A stretch of 63,752 nucleotides of DNA, the filler included, from Pelomyxa schiedti (taxonomy: Eukaryota; Protista; Evosea), in assembly GCA_020536535.1 (NCBI GenBank). It is 7 parts of 7 records of this genome, joined end to end, with 100 filler letters (N's around TTAATTAATTAA, not from the genome) between each part and the next. Parts side by side here need not be neighbours in the genome. Positions count along the whole stretch, not along the records: positions 38,820 to 52,267 come from JAHLWZ010001194.1; positions 52,368 to 53,718 come from JAHLWZ010002579.1; positions 53,819 to 54,968 come from JAHLWZ010002766.1; positions 55,069 to 62,270 come from JAHLWZ010001371.1; positions 62,371 to 63,752 come from JAHLWZ010002553.1; 2 more parts are not named here. One strand, 5' to 3'. The position numbers were made by a program, and so were the translations under genes. Of the stretch, positions 49,500 to 62,456 are shown piece after piece (position 1 is the stretch's first letter; each line of letters begins with the position of its first letter). Below the pieces are notes generated by a model, which did no database searches, was not told the DNA's origin, and was given only the letters and a program-made list of their open reading frames with translations.

Positions 49500-50904
49500 T
49501 GGGAGGGCGGAGGAGGAGGAGTATGGCCAAGCCTCGAGGAGGGCCGAGGTAGGGGGAAGTTCTCGGGTGGGCCCGTGTTGTGCGGGACAGCGTGGTTCCT
49601 TGCTGCTTCGGTGGGTGGCACGGCGCAGGGGCGTGGGGGTCGTGCCCCCAGGAGAGACCCCCACATCCTCCTCCATGCTGGGACAAATGTGCGAGGGGGT
49701 TGGGGCGGGGGCCGACGGACCGGGCGGGGAGCGACCTGCGGCGGGGGGGTGCGGGGGGTTCGGTGCTGAGGGAGTACCACATGACTCCGGACGACGCGGA
49801 CGTGAGGCTGGGCACGTGATGGTGGCGCGACTTGCTGTCCATCGCCGAGGCTCTGTTCCCTCTGTGTGTGTATGTGTGCGTGCGTTTCCTTTTGCCGTGC
49901 GTGTGGTGCGTGCGTGCCTTGGTTATGGGATGGGATCCTATTTGTGGAGATGTTGCGACGTGGCTGAAACTTTGCATGATTGATGGTGTTGTTGGGAACT
50001 GACCATGTGAATTAGGATTTCACTTGTTGCACGAGATGTTGTTGATGACTTGGGAAGAAAGATCGCCCTTTGTGCTTGTGCACAGGCGGGAACACTCAAA
50101 GTGGCAAAGTGGATTCTCAAGCACCACGCGGAATGAGATGATTGCGTGGAGAGCTCCTTTCTTCGAGGACACGGTTCATTCCTCTCTTTTCCTCAGTTGC
50201 ACATTCGGACACCTCGATTATTCTCAGTGGTTGGTGGCTGAATGCGGAGCAACAAGAGATGGTTTTGAGGGACAACAACGTTGTCCTCCAACAGTGTTAT
50301 GCTCATAGCAAGTTGAGGTCACTGAAATTTTTGATTGAGAATTACGGAATAACATCAGATGACATTCGGAGGGAGAATTGCATGTGTTTCCGGTACTTTT
50401 CCACGTCGTTATTATTTCCTCACTTCATTTCCGAAAGGCTGGCATGCAGAAAAGGCCGCCGCGAGATTTTGGAATATCTGATTTCCACTCTTTTGGTCTG
50501 ACCAGGATGTCTTACATCACACAAAACACTTACTGCCGAATAATAACTCACAATCTAAGGAACGCACTCCGTAATGAAGTGGAAGCCGTGGAATATCTGA
50601 TCACAACTTATGGAATCACAAAGGGTGAATTCATTGCGTGCAAATGCTTGGGGTATTTACCTTGTTCCGGCATTCAAATTCGTACTGACCCGCTCCCACA
50701 GTTCCGTTATGGGTCAGAATGCTTCAGTATCTCCAGGGATTGTTTTCATTCACCAAAGAGGAGATACTAGCTGATGAATTCACCCTCTTACAGTATAAGC
50801 CCTGCGTTTTAAAAATATTCATTCCACACAGGTGCGCCTGCGAAATTGAAAGCACCAACATGTCTGCGCACCTGCTGGACTCACAAAGGAGGATTTTGAT
50901 GTGA
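49500..50904 (+). pseudogene. Degenerate ankyrin-like family gene
   Basis: Fragments LSCTFGHLDYSQWL, LKFLIENYGITSDDIRRENC and LACRKGRREILEYL lie in shifting frames with stops. Confidence 0.5.
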
Positions 50905-51262
50905 CCGCATTTTTTGTCTATGTGCAAAAGGGTGGTATCCCTTGTCTTGGTCTTCCACAACCTGATAAATGTATGATTATGTGAGAGATGCTCCTTTCTT
51001 TTTCAGAAAGTTCAGTTTTTTTTTTTGTTTTCCTACATTGTGCCCAGGTTGACTGTGAACAGTGAAACAAATGCAAAAAAGTTGTTACAATGCAACTAAT
51101 GGGATTGTTGTTGTTGAGCCATCTGAGCTTGGAGGAACTGGGCACGGTTCTCCAGAACTCTTATTTTCCTTGTTGTTGATAATATTAGTCTGTTTGTTGG
51201 GTGTATTTATTGGATGGTGAGTGTGATTGGCGTTTTGGTTTTAGGTTTTCGTTTTTTCGGCG

Positions 51263-52267
51263 TTACCTGTCTTTGGCGGCAACGTGATTTGAAAGGTAGT
51301 CCCTGATAAATAGCCTCAGCTTTGCGTTCCTCTTCTTGAGCTTATCTATCTTCAGGTTGGCTTCAGCCAATTGGCCGGCAAGGTCAATGCTATCCAGAAT
51401 CTGATTGTGGCCGTCCAACTGTGCCGGTTCTTGTTGGAATGATGATGAGGCTGTGTGCGTTGTTGACTCCGGTGTCACTTCTTCCCTTGGGCTTGTTGTT
51501 GATTTTGCGGATTTTTTTGTTGTTGATTTTGCCGTGATTGGTGAGTGGGAGTCGAGTGCGGGGTCTTCCTCTTTTGTGCACATAAGCTCATCTGTTGTGG
51601 ATGCTTGTTGATTGGTGTTGCGGTACTTTACATTAGAATTTGGTTGGTCTTTGTGCCGGGTGTTCAGGGGTGATTTGGCTGTTTTGCTTGTGTGTGGTGT
51701 TGATACTTTGGTTGATTTTGAGCCGGTTAATGCCGGTTGGGTGTTTGCTTTTTTTGAGTGCGTGTGGGATGTGCGTCCCTTGTGCTGCGGTGATTGCGGT
51801 TGAGAGGTGTTTGGTTCTGATTCCTGAAGAGGATGTGACTCTTGGTCGTATGCATTATTATTGGCCCTGTCTTGCGGCAGCTCTTGTATTTGCGGAGATG
51901 GAAGCAGTTGGTGAGGCTGGTCAGGTGAAAAGGTTGTTGAGAAGGGAGGTTGTTGGGATGGTTTTACATTGCCAAGTTGGTCCGGCAGTTGGACACCTGT
52001 GTGGATTGGGTTGGTTGGTCCAATAAGATTAAGTTATGTGATACCAGAGAATCTCATTTGGTCTGTTGTATTGGAAAACATTGTGTTGCCAAGACTTGGC
52101 GGTGGTGAACTTTGCCCAATCCTGCAACTCGTTAGGTGCTTGCTTGTTGTTCATTTGCGAGCAAACACACATGGGTGGACAGACGGACAGAAATGTAGAG
52201 ATGCTTGTCAGAACTGTCAACTGCTGAGAAAAGGCATCCACCTCAACTTGGGCGGAATTTAGTGCCT
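51263..52267 (-). CDS. Partial low-complexity protein with C-terminal coiled coil
   Basis: T/S/Q/N-rich minus-strand reading ends LAGQLAEANLKIDKLKKRNAKLRLFIRDYL. 5' end lost at the linker; exon structure unresolved. Confidence 0.35.
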
Positions 52268-52367
52268 NNNNNNNNNNNNNNNNNNNNNNNNNNNNNNNNN
52301 NNNNNNNNNNNTTAATTAATTAANNNNNNNNNNNNNNNNNNNNNNNNNNNNNNNNNNNNNNNNNNNN
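52268..52367. other. Artificial contig linker
   Basis: N...TTAATTAATTAA...N. Confidence 0.95.
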
Positions 52368-52576
52368 TAAAAACAACATCGTAGTACTACAAACCAACAC
52401 TCCCAGGTGCACTACTGCAGCCCACTCTGCCAAGTAACCCACTGGCACATACACAAAAAAGTCTGCAAGAAAGCTCCATAAACAGAACCCGGTCAAATTC
52501 AAGTTTGACCAGAACACAACGGAAATCGTGTGTCAAATCACCAAGTTGGTGAAGTGGAAGAAAAATAAAACACTAA

Positions 52577-53716
52577 ATGCTTGGACACATCACCATTGAC
52601 CGGGTGCTCGACGCCCGAGACCAAGCCCTCACCATGTTGCTCGCTTTGTGCCCGCCACAACCCACAATCCGTTCGCGTGGCGCAACTCGCCTCACAAACG
52701 ATGTGGCGAGGGACTTAGCCGAGCGCTGGGTGCTCACCCCCGTCCGGCGCTTCATAGTCCACACCGGCATGGAGTTCTCGACGGTGGTGTCGGTCGGGCC
52801 CACCCTCGGCGTCGTCAGCACCAGCGAGACCAACGTCTGGACCCCAAACCACTCGCCGTTGTGCTGGCTGGATCCCGACAGGCTGCTGGCCGCCCTCAGA
52901 ACTACCCGAGCTCTCTGCATCTTCGACTTCTCGCGGGGCCCCCAGCCCAGGGTCGACCCCATCCCCAGCACCCCCGTGCTGCCCCGCTGGGGCAACCACA
53001 AATGGGCCGTGGGGTGGGACAGCGAGCAGCTCTACGTGCAAAGGGTGGATAATAAAACAGCAGACGGGGGCCAGGCGCAGGGGTTTCCGTGGGTGCCGGT
53101 CGCAGTCCCTGCGAGGGACCCGGAGATGAAAGACCTCGACGTTGTGTTCTCGCACTCTGAGCCTGCCCTCATCAAGGGGGAGGGCGACGAGGCCTCGATG
53201 GTGTTTGGCTTTGTGGGGTCCCCGAGAGGGACGGACCGGCCCAGGGCCACTTTGCTGACGGTGGACCTGGCCAGGAGCTTCTCTGCTGGGTCACTTGTCG
53301 TTGTGAGGGAGAAGGGTTTCTCGGGGAGGCCCGAGGGGTTGCTGTGGTACTGCCACCCGTTCATCTTTATGGATGACAGTGGGCACCCCGTGGTGGTGCA
53401 TGAGGGAGGGAACTGTTCATTCGCTGTGAGCCTCTGGACTGGGGAGAGAACCAAGCTGTGTGATAACATATTCACCAAGAAGGTAAGTGGCCGGCTTGCA
53501 AGAATAGATATGAATATCTACGACGTGTTCACGGGACAAGTGTGCCCAGTTATTCCCGATGATGTTCCCTTCCAGCCTCTGATGGACCGTGGCCTGGTGG
53601 TTACAGCTCCTGCACCCACACCAGGCTCATTCCGCACATTCCAGTCTGTGATTGACGCACAAACAGGTTGTGTTCTGTGCCGTTGTCCATCCACTTTCAG
53701 GCCATCATTCCTGTAG
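52577..53716 (+). CDS. 'ARDQ' family hypothetical protein (379 aa, single exon)
   Basis: LDARDQALTML...ERWVLTP, VSVGPTLGVV, TVDLARSFS, C-terminal IDAQTG. Confidence 0.75.
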   Translation: MLGHITIDRVLDARDQALTMLLALCPPQPTIRSRGATRLTNDVARDLAERWVLTPVRRFIVHTGMEFSTVVSVGPTLGVVSTSETNVWTPNHSPLCWLDPDRLLAALRTTRALCIFDFSRGPQPRVDPIPSTPVLPRWGNHKWAVGWDSEQLYVQRVDNKTADGGQAQGFPWVPVAVPARDPEMKDLDVVFSHSEPALIKGEGDEASMVFGFVGSPRGTDRPRATLLTVDLARSFSAGSLVVVREKGFSGRPEGLLWYCHPFIFMDDSGHPVVVHEGGNCSFAVSLWTGERTKLCDNIFTKKVSGRLARIDMNIYDVFTGQVCPVIPDDVPFQPLMDRGLVVTAPAPTPGSFRTFQSVIDAQTGCVLCRCPSTFRPSFL

Positions 53717-53718
53717 GC

Positions 53719-53818
53719 NNNNNNNNNNNNNNNNNNNNNNNNNNNNNNNNNNNNNNNNNNNNTTAATTAATTAANNNNNNNNNNNNNNNNNNNNNNNNNN
53801 NNNNNNNNNNNNNNNNNN
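53719..53818. other. Artificial contig linker
   Basis: N...TTAATTAATTAA...N. Confidence 0.95.
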
Positions 53819-54241
53819 AGCCTTAACCTACTAATTGTAAACTCCTGTGGGTCTTCATATAGCTCTGCTGTTGTGGTATCAACCACTTGCAGTGTTTACA
53901 ACACTTTAATTCACCTGCAACAGGGAGCAATCTCCGATTGTAGCATGGCTTGTGGTGAAACAATCCACAGCTGGGGAGGTAGCACCCACAGTCTTAGGAG
54001 GAGACCCACCATTACCCTCCGAGGGATCAGTTTCCCCCAAGGTGGAATGGGATTCGAAGACCCGTAAAAGAAACAGCACCAATTTGGTCTACCAATTTTC
54101 GTAGATTCTGATTATCAACGGAAGGGATCAAAGGTGCACACACCAAAAGGGAAACAAAATCCCACAATTCCGCTCTCTGTCGTGCGAGGGTGCCGAAAAG
54201 AAAACAAATCACCAAGAAAAAAATGGCCATTTCTTTCTTCA

Positions 54242-54400
54242 GTCTTTTGGACCCTCGTGGTCTTAGTCTTTTGGACCTTCGTGGTCTTTGTCTTTTGGAC
54301 CCTTGTGGTCTTTGTCTTTTGGACCTTCGTGGTCTTAGTCTTTTGGACCCTCGTGGTCTTTGTCTTTTGGACCTTCGTGGTCTTAGTCTTTTGCACCTTT
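54242..54400. repeat. 24-bp tandem repeat, about 6.5 copies
   Basis: Unit gtcttttggaccYtcgtggtcttW; reads (KTKTT[K/R]VQ)n on the minus strand. Confidence 0.9.
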
Positions 54401-54968
54401 TTGGTGTCTGTGTCGGCTACGTCACTTGCGGTGGGAAGGAACGGTGTCGTGTCGCTCGCGTGTTGTGTGGGCGAAGATCCCAATCAATACAACTGATTCA
54501 GATCCATTCTGGGGGGTATTGTAGCTGGGCTGCTTCACGGTGTATATACCCAACGGTATTTTTATTAGCTTACGACAGACACGCACGAATCGCAAATTGC
54601 CAACAAACAGTGCAGCAACCACGGAGATCACAACAGTCACACGGCAAAACGGCTGCGGACCCGGCCGCACGCCATGCACCACCGCACGCAGCAGAGCCCC
54701 ACCGACGAACAACAGCCGCGCATCGTCTTCGTGTTTTATTTTGTTGTTTCCCTGAAGGTGCAGACACATCAACCAGGAATCAAGCAGGACATCAACCAAA
54801 CCCGCGTCCCTGTACGCTTTTTATTGTTCACCCGTGTAACACGTTCATTCTTTTTGTGACAACGAAAAATCAAAAAAAAATACTTCGGATGAGCCATTCG
54901 CCTGCGGATCCAGCTGAGATCTTGCCCGTGTGTGCTGAAACGCGACCTTTTGGACACACATTTGCTGA

Positions 54969-55068
54969 NNNNNNNNNNNNNNNNNNNNNNNNNNNNNNNN
55001 NNNNNNNNNNNNTTAATTAATTAANNNNNNNNNNNNNNNNNNNNNNNNNNNNNNNNNNNNNNNNNNNN
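54969..55068. other. Artificial contig linker
   Basis: N...TTAATTAATTAA...N. Confidence 0.95.
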
Positions 55069-58000
55069 ATGCTTGGCAAATAGGCATGTTTACAACCTCA
55101 AAGCTTGCTTCTAACTCAAGCAGTGGTCTGATTTGAAATGCCAGAATGAATAGGGTTTGTGAAACCACACAGCAAAGCTGGTCTTCTCCGTGGTGTGTTG
55201 TTATCTGGCGTTCTCACATTTTCTCTGCTTCCCAGTATTCTCCCTGTGTATATAGTGCCTTTCTTACGTTTGTGCCAAGACTTACTTAGCATGCCAATTA
55301 TGCACATTCATCAGGTTTCCATGTTTTACTGCCTTCCAAGTTGAACCCAAACACCAAACTGACTCTATACAAAAGATTCTGGTGCCTCCAGGTTCTACAA
55401 ACACCAGCTCACTGAGGTTGGTTTGTTTCCAGTTCTATGGCTGTATCGAATTAAATTGCAAGTATTTGTGTGATTCTGTAGAATACACAAGCAAACTCTC
55501 TGCGAGCACGAGCGCGAACGCCGAGACTGGGAGACTGACCTGCTGAGTCAGAACTCGGACCTGACATCTTAGGAAATCAAGTTCGCGGAAATCTACCTGA
55601 GCGTTCACCTCGATTTCAAGTCGTTTTCGAGTCCTTATAAGCCCGACACACTCCAACCTTAGAATCACGACCCAAACCTCATAAATCAAAACAAACAACA
55701 AAACAGAACAAATAATAGAATCCTTTCTTGATCTCGTTCTTGTTCTCTGCTTTGCCATCACACAACGAACTACATCCCACAGAAGCACACATATTATTGC
55801 TGTGCAAGTTGCTCGTATCTTGATGAGGCAGTGCCAGTTGATTATCTTTGTACTCCCCCCAGAACTACTGGCCTTTAAAGTGCTGTTGTTATACCGATGT
55901 GGCAAATGTTCAACTATCTTGACGAAGGTATGCGTTATCCTCACATCATTTTGACTGATGGAGTCATAGTCTATTCTTGTACTGAACCCTCAGGTAATCC
56001 TATTCTCAGCCTTTCAAATCCTTACTTGGTGCAGGTCATTCAAAGTATTTGCATGCCTGCCCATCTCAGTTTGCACATTCCATATCATTCCGGCAAGTGT
56101 ACATCACTTTCACATACTTCCGCTTCTGTCCGGAGTCTTTCTTACTGGCACAGAGTCGGCCCTTCCAAATTTTCCCTATCTAGTCTGCTGCACTTATGAA
56201 GAAACTTGTATTCACCATTCTTCTTCCTGTAGGTTTATACCCATCATTATGTTATACCATTTGTATTCATGGCGGAAATCATTTTCCAGGATATTAACTT
56301 TCCTGCCAGGCGAATTTCAACTGCATCCCAGATCCTCTAGCCTAGAAGCCCTACTTGGTAGGTGTTTCCGTCTAAATCTTGCTTCTAGATCTAGGCATAT
56401 GTTTATAACAATGACCTGATTTTTACGTACGTGGGTGTGAATTCTGCACTTCTATTTTCTTTCTTTAACTAGCAATACCAATTTGGGGTTTTTAATTGCT
56501 TTCTCATCCCTTACCATCGTTTCTTGGATGAGTATTTTGCCTGCATTTTTTTTGCCCTTACTATCCCATTTAGGGTAGATTCTTGGCAATTAGCTCCATC
56601 ATCCCCTTCCATCCCTTGTGGGACAGGCTTTTGGATGTGGGCATTATCATCCCCTTCCATCCATGGGACAGGCTTTCGGATGTTTTTGTATATGGCCATA
56701 TTCTTATTTGTTTTTTCGTTTTGACATATTGCAGGCTTCTTATTGGGCCTCAACCCTTTTCCATGATTGATGTTTGAAGTACAGTCATCACAACCCACTG
56801 CGAGTCATCTTCTATTCTCTTGACTCCTCTTTCTTTGGATACTCCTCTTTCTCAGAATACTCCCTTTTTTCATGGCTGCTTCTCCTTACAGTGCAGCATA
56901 AATTGTGAGTCCTACACTCTGAGAAGGTTCTTGTAGCCCTTTTTGAGCCACTGTCGAGATCCATCTTGAATGTGAAATGCACTAGTAGCTCTTTGGGGGT
57001 GTTTCTTGGATCTCTCTGCAATAACCCCAAACTTCACCACCACAACACAGTTGTGGTTAATCGCTCTGACCACTAACAGGTCCATGTAGGCCGGTGGTGG
57101 TCAATGCATCTCCATTTGCAGAATCCTTCCTCGAGAGGATCTATTCCTCTCGAACTACACTGCGTGGTACCAGATCAACAGAACCAACGATTATTTATTA
57201 TTATCTCTTTCTTTGTTCTTCACAAACTTATTGGCCTGACGGATCAAGTTAAGCAGCAGAGAGTCGATTTTCTTCTCAAATTAGACGAAAACTTTCGTTT
57301 CGCTGAAGGAAACCCTATTTGGGAGGGTGGGCATCTGGCCAGGCGCTTTGTGTTTAGAAAAAGAAAAAAAGAAATAAAGAGGGATGGGCCAACAGATCTG
57401 TTCTATTTATTTATCGTGGTGCTGGGCGGTTCCTGGTGTTGTGGCACCCCAGCACAGTTTTGTTTGGTGCCGGCATTTGTGATTCTGGAAGTTATTGGAT
57501 GCTAAGGTGATGAAGGAGGACTGTCAGAAACATGAGTAACAGGGTGTTTGGTAGTAACATGCAATGGGGATGAGGGAGACATAGTTGAACTGGGATTTGC
57601 AGCTGAAGTGATGTTAGATTGTAAAATCAAAGGAACACAAACCAAGAGAATTAGGCGTTGCACATAAGCTCAGCAACAATGTTGGAGAAATTTGTAGTTG
57701 AGTACAATAAGAAAGAAACTCATTAGCAGCTTTCAGGCTACCTGCAAGCATTTCTACAAGGGTGTCAGTAAGGTGGTAATGGAACAGTCTTGCACCTGTC
57801 TTCATGCATAAATCAACCTTTTGTGGAGCTTCACAACTTGGAGCTGGCTCAGCAGTATCCTAGGCAATGTTAAGTGAAAGCATGTTGTAAGTAGAGGTAC
57901 AAATTCACTTGGTGTTGAGGGTTCATCCATTGTTGTAGGTGATTGGCCAGTTGCTGAAGCGATTTTCCGTTTTTTTTCCTGGAGTTCTTCAAGGAGTTCC

Positions 58001-60263
58001 TGTTTTAACAGGTCATTTTTTGCTTTTCGTTTCAATTGTTTCTGCTCTGCTTGTTTTTGAGCTGCCTCTTCCACCTCCTTTACATGTAATACTGTCTTCA
58101 AAGCCTTCAAGGTGGTTTCTTGCTTCTTTTTTTGTTCTGAGGATACAGGAACCCCATTTCTAATAAGAAATTACAGTGAAACCAAAAAAAAACAATAAAT
58201 TAAGTACAATGCTGTCCCATAATTTCCAGTGACAATATCAATTAATCCTTTGTCTATACCTGACAGTAATTAAAGAAAAATGGCATTAACTAGGGAACCT
58301 GATCCAGCTCGTCATTCAATTGTATTGAAAAATTTAAAGCTTAAGTCTTCAAGTCCTACAATTTTGGCTTCAGTGTCCTGTAATTTAAGAGTCAATGAAA
58401 GAAGGAGAGAAGGGGGCAACCGCCGGAAGTGATATCACTTCCGGTGGAGATAGAAAGATTGTATTTGTGCATCACAGACAGCAATCAATTATTATTAATT
58501 ACCTTTTGTTTATGTTTTTTTGTGGTTGGAGTTTCAGTGTCCACTTCATTCCCTACTTGTTTCTCTGAGGAATGTTTCTGCACAGCATGGTTGTAACAGT
58601 ATGAGAGGTTTGGACCTAAAAGGCTTGGTATAGTTGAAAAGAAAGGGACTCCACTAACATGGGTGGCAAACAAACTCCTGTGTTGAACCATCCTTGGAGT
58701 GAAAGATGTGAACAGGGTGACCTTCCAGGGTTTTGTAGTTGTTGCGTGATACTGTCCCATTCTTTCCAAGCGTCTTCTTCCAGACTAAGGGTCCATTGAG
58801 TGGTGCATGACAATTGCTACAGCTGTGCTCTAAATCCAATATAAACATTACTGTGACAAAGGTATGAGAGATACCAACCAGAATGAAGCAGTGGTTGCCT
58901 CGGTCCAATGAAAGGTGTATTGATGCCTGGAACCTTGAGAACAGAGGAGGAAGTGGAACCCTCAGTGCCAACAAAGGTGGGGTTTTGAGGTCGAGTGGTC
59001 AGCAAAGGGGATGAGGTTCCCAGGGAACTTGAAGAAGATGCTATGGAGGGGACAAAACAAGGAGGAGGTACTGGAGAAGACAATGGTGTGGACATTGACT
59101 GAGTCGTCATGGAAGTATGTAAGCCAGAGGAAGAAGATGTTGTAGACGAACTGAAAACATGGTGGATGTTGGAGAAGAAAATGGTGTGGATGTCACAGAG
59201 GATAACCTTAAGTATTATCAATGTTCATAAAAATGGAAGAAAAGAAGTACGGCAATGGGTTCCTGTCACCAACGCCATTGAATATACCCTAAGGACAATT
59301 GAAAATTGCAAAAAAAAAAAAAAAAAAACAGCACCTGGTCAGAGATTGGTGTCCTGAGGTAATTCCCCAAGTCTGAGGGTAAGAAGGACTGGGTGTCCAT
59401 TACTGTGGTACACAACACAGTGTGTTAGTGGTAAGAGATAAGAAGAGGTAATTTAGAATAAGCTGCCTTGGTGGGTTTAAAAGCCTGTGCGTAGAAGGTG
59501 CATGTTCAGCTTCTCTGGGTGCAAGTGTGTATCAGCTGAGGTGCAGTCTGTGCATGTCAGACAACTTCTTGTTGTGGATGTGTGAGCTTTCCTACTTAAG
59601 GGTTGGTCCGACTGTGTGGTCCCTGTTCACCACATCAACAATTTAATTTTCCTCATCATCACATCTTCTAGATCGAGGAAAAAGGGAGGTGATGCCACGC
59701 AAGGCTGCAATGCCCACAGATGCACATCGACAAAAGGAAATTGTGGAATTAAAAAAAGGAATTGGCTTCATTGTGCATCAGTATCCTGTGACAAAGACTG
59801 TTGTGTCATGGTCACGTGGCAAAGTGAGTTATCTTCTTTTCTAGTGCTGTGTGTGCACAACCTTGACTGCATAACACTTTGCTCTGTTTGAACACCCCTC
59901 AGCCTTCCTGGATTGGCCTCACTTCTCCCACAAGACTTAAGGGGCTCCCCTGGGGCCTCACGCTAAAAAAATTCCGATTCTCCGTCGTTTCCCTGGGTGA
60001 TCTGCCGAAGGTCCCCCGAAAATTGCCCTTGGCCTCCCCCAAATCAATTTCGGACCTCCAGGTCTCTCCATCGGACTTTCCTGGGGGGGGGGAGGGGGGG
60101 GGAAGTACCCCCTCCGCCCCCCCTCCCCCCTCCCCCCTCCACCCTCACTCCCCCCTCCTGGAAGTCCTTCTCTTTAACACCATTATGTGTTTTCCCCTAC
60201 CAACAAAATAATATCAATTTTAGGTTGACTATTGGAAAGAAAAGTCTGTTAATCCAGCCTTTC

Positions 60264-61553
60264 ATGCAGGACAACATGGAGGATGCCGCTTCTCAAAATG
60301 GGATCAAGGTTAAACACTTTAATTTTTAATTGATTAAATCACAAAGCAGACACTTTACGACAGCTTAAGATCTTCATTTGGGTCTATGCTAAAGAGAATC
60401 CCTTCTGCCGACACCAAGAAATCATAGCAGCAGTGAATGAGCACTTGCACCTAGACCTGAAGATGACAATGCTGTCTACAATCTTCAAAAAATGGAATTG
60501 GAGTTTCCATGTGGCTTGGCAGTTGACACAGATAGCCAAATATACTTACGCAAATATGGAATATTATGGTTGGTTACCCTATTGCTCCAACTCCCCCACA
60601 GAATGTTAGTTAACTATCTGGTTGATGTTCAGTTTAAACCATGGAAGAGGCTGAAATTCATTGGTTAAAATCGATTTTACTACAAAGTTCTGACTTCTGG
60701 TAGATGAGGCAAGTTTCATGTCTAAGGATTGCAGAAGAAAGGTGATATTAGGGCCCAAGAATGACCCTGTGCCATATGTGACCACAGCGGGTTAGTAGTA
60801 AATACTGATTGGTTGAGGTCACAGAAAAATAGATATTGTAACCACCATCAAAGCCACTGGCTTGAGCAGTACTTCTGATGATCGGCCTCCTTTTGCTGTA
60901 GTCCTTACCAAGGAGACAAATGATCAAAAGGCATTTTTGAATACACTACTGGACTTCATTAACATGGATGCTCTCAAGCCAAGTAAGTAGTCTCAGTGGT
61001 ACTTCTTCTAATATACACTTCAAGATGATATTCTTATTATGGACAATGCCTCCATACATAAAGGGCAAGCAACACAGCCATTGCGTGACCTGTTGGACAC
61101 AGCTTTTCAAATTGAGGTGGTGTTTTTGCCTCGGTACTCCCCTGAGCTCAATCCTGTTGAGCAAGTGTGTAGTTTCTGGTTTCTGGATTTCCTGAGGCTT
61201 GTCAGGCATGGAGATCAATGAAGTGCTTTCTGCGTTCCAATCGTGGAACTGATGCATTTGAGATGGAGGTGCAGCATGCTGCTGACAGAATAACACTTGT
61301 GAACATGAAACAGTGGTACTATAAGTGTCTGCAGATTCCCTGGAACATGGTTGGAGTCATCCTTAATGGCTGTACATTAATATTTGCTGAAGGCTCCAAA
61401 CCTTGCAGGCAGCACATGACCCTTTTTGGAACACCACTCGGGCTGGTTCCTGTCCTTCCACCGATATCTATCCAACAGATTCAGTTCTTTTCTTTTCTAA
61501 ACATTTTTTTTGCATCACATCCAAAACAACTGGGGGAAAAGGAAAAAAAATGA
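60264..61553 (+). mobile_element. IS630/Tc1/mariner-superfamily transposase (DD38E) split by about 6 short introns
   Basis: Spliced: HTH-like EIIAAVNEHLHLDLKMTMLSTIFKKWNWS, LKFI|DEASF, ILIMDNASIHK, VVFLPRYSPELNPVEQ|AWRSMK. 38 residues lie between the second D and the E. Confidence 0.85.
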
Positions 61554-61624
61554 TGTTTGGGTGAAGACACTGGTGCAGCGAGCCTGTGAAGGTGAATGTT
61601 GCTTACCTTACCTGGTACTCATCA

Positions 61625-61900
61625 CTCTCGTAGTAACTATCGTCGCAACTCTCGTAACCATCGTCGTAACTATCGTCGCAACTCTCGTAACTCTCGTCGT
61701 AACTCTCGTCGCAACTCTCGTCATAACTATCGTCGTAACTATCGTCGTAACTCTCGTAGTAACTATCGTCGTAACTCTCGTCGTAACTATCGTCGTAACT
61801 ATCGTCGTAACTATCGTAACTCGACGAGAGTTACGAGTATAGTATCTACTATACTATACTATCGTCGTACTATCGTCGTACTATCGTCGTAACTATCGTA
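61625..61900. repeat. 12-bp minisatellite (cgtaactMtcgt)n with an internal inversion
   Basis: About 17 direct copies up to ~61820, then cgtaactc-gacga-gagttacg fold-back, then degenerate copies. Confidence 0.9.
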
Positions 61901-62270
61901 ACATTCATGCAGACGATTCGATAATCATACTCAAATTCGCTCTTGAACACCGTGCTCGTGCTTTCCATCAGCCTCAACCTCAAGTCGTTCTCACACTCAA
62001 TCTCAAGATCGATAAAGCCTGTTGAACATTGAACTCAATCGTCTTCGTGCTTGGACTTCCTGGGCTCTGCATGTATTTTTTTTTTTTTTTTTTTTTTTTA
62101 ATTGGTTCACTGGTGAGTTACAATAATCTAAAGGATGATGCCTGAATCCATCATCCCCTAGGGTGAGGTGCTGGTGGTGACTCTGCGGAGGTGTGTGGCA
62201 GTGTTGTTGACAATGCTGGTGTAGAGCTTGTCCCACCAGAAGGCCTTTTGGGTTTTACAGGCCCAATTGG

Positions 62271-62370
62271 NNNNNNNNNNNNNNNNNNNNNNNNNNNNNN
62301 NNNNNNNNNNNNNNTTAATTAATTAANNNNNNNNNNNNNNNNNNNNNNNNNNNNNNNNNNNNNNNNNNNN
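62271..62370. other. Artificial contig linker
   Basis: N...TTAATTAATTAA...N. Confidence 0.95.
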
Positions 62371-62456
62371 ATCGCTCCACACCGATTGTGGGACGCCATC
62401 ACCAACGCCAGGAGTTGGTCTCGCGCACGGAAAGCCGCTGTTGTTGTCGGGTTCAT
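62371..62456 (-). CDS. 5' end of an 'ARDQ' family gene
   Basis: MNPTTTAAFRARDQLLALVMASHNRCGA, truncated by the linker. Confidence 0.6.

Noticed and set aside
61510-61892. ORFs reading (VVTI/L)n and (NYRR/NSRR)n
   Set aside because: Translations of the 12-bp minisatellite; no evidence of coding.
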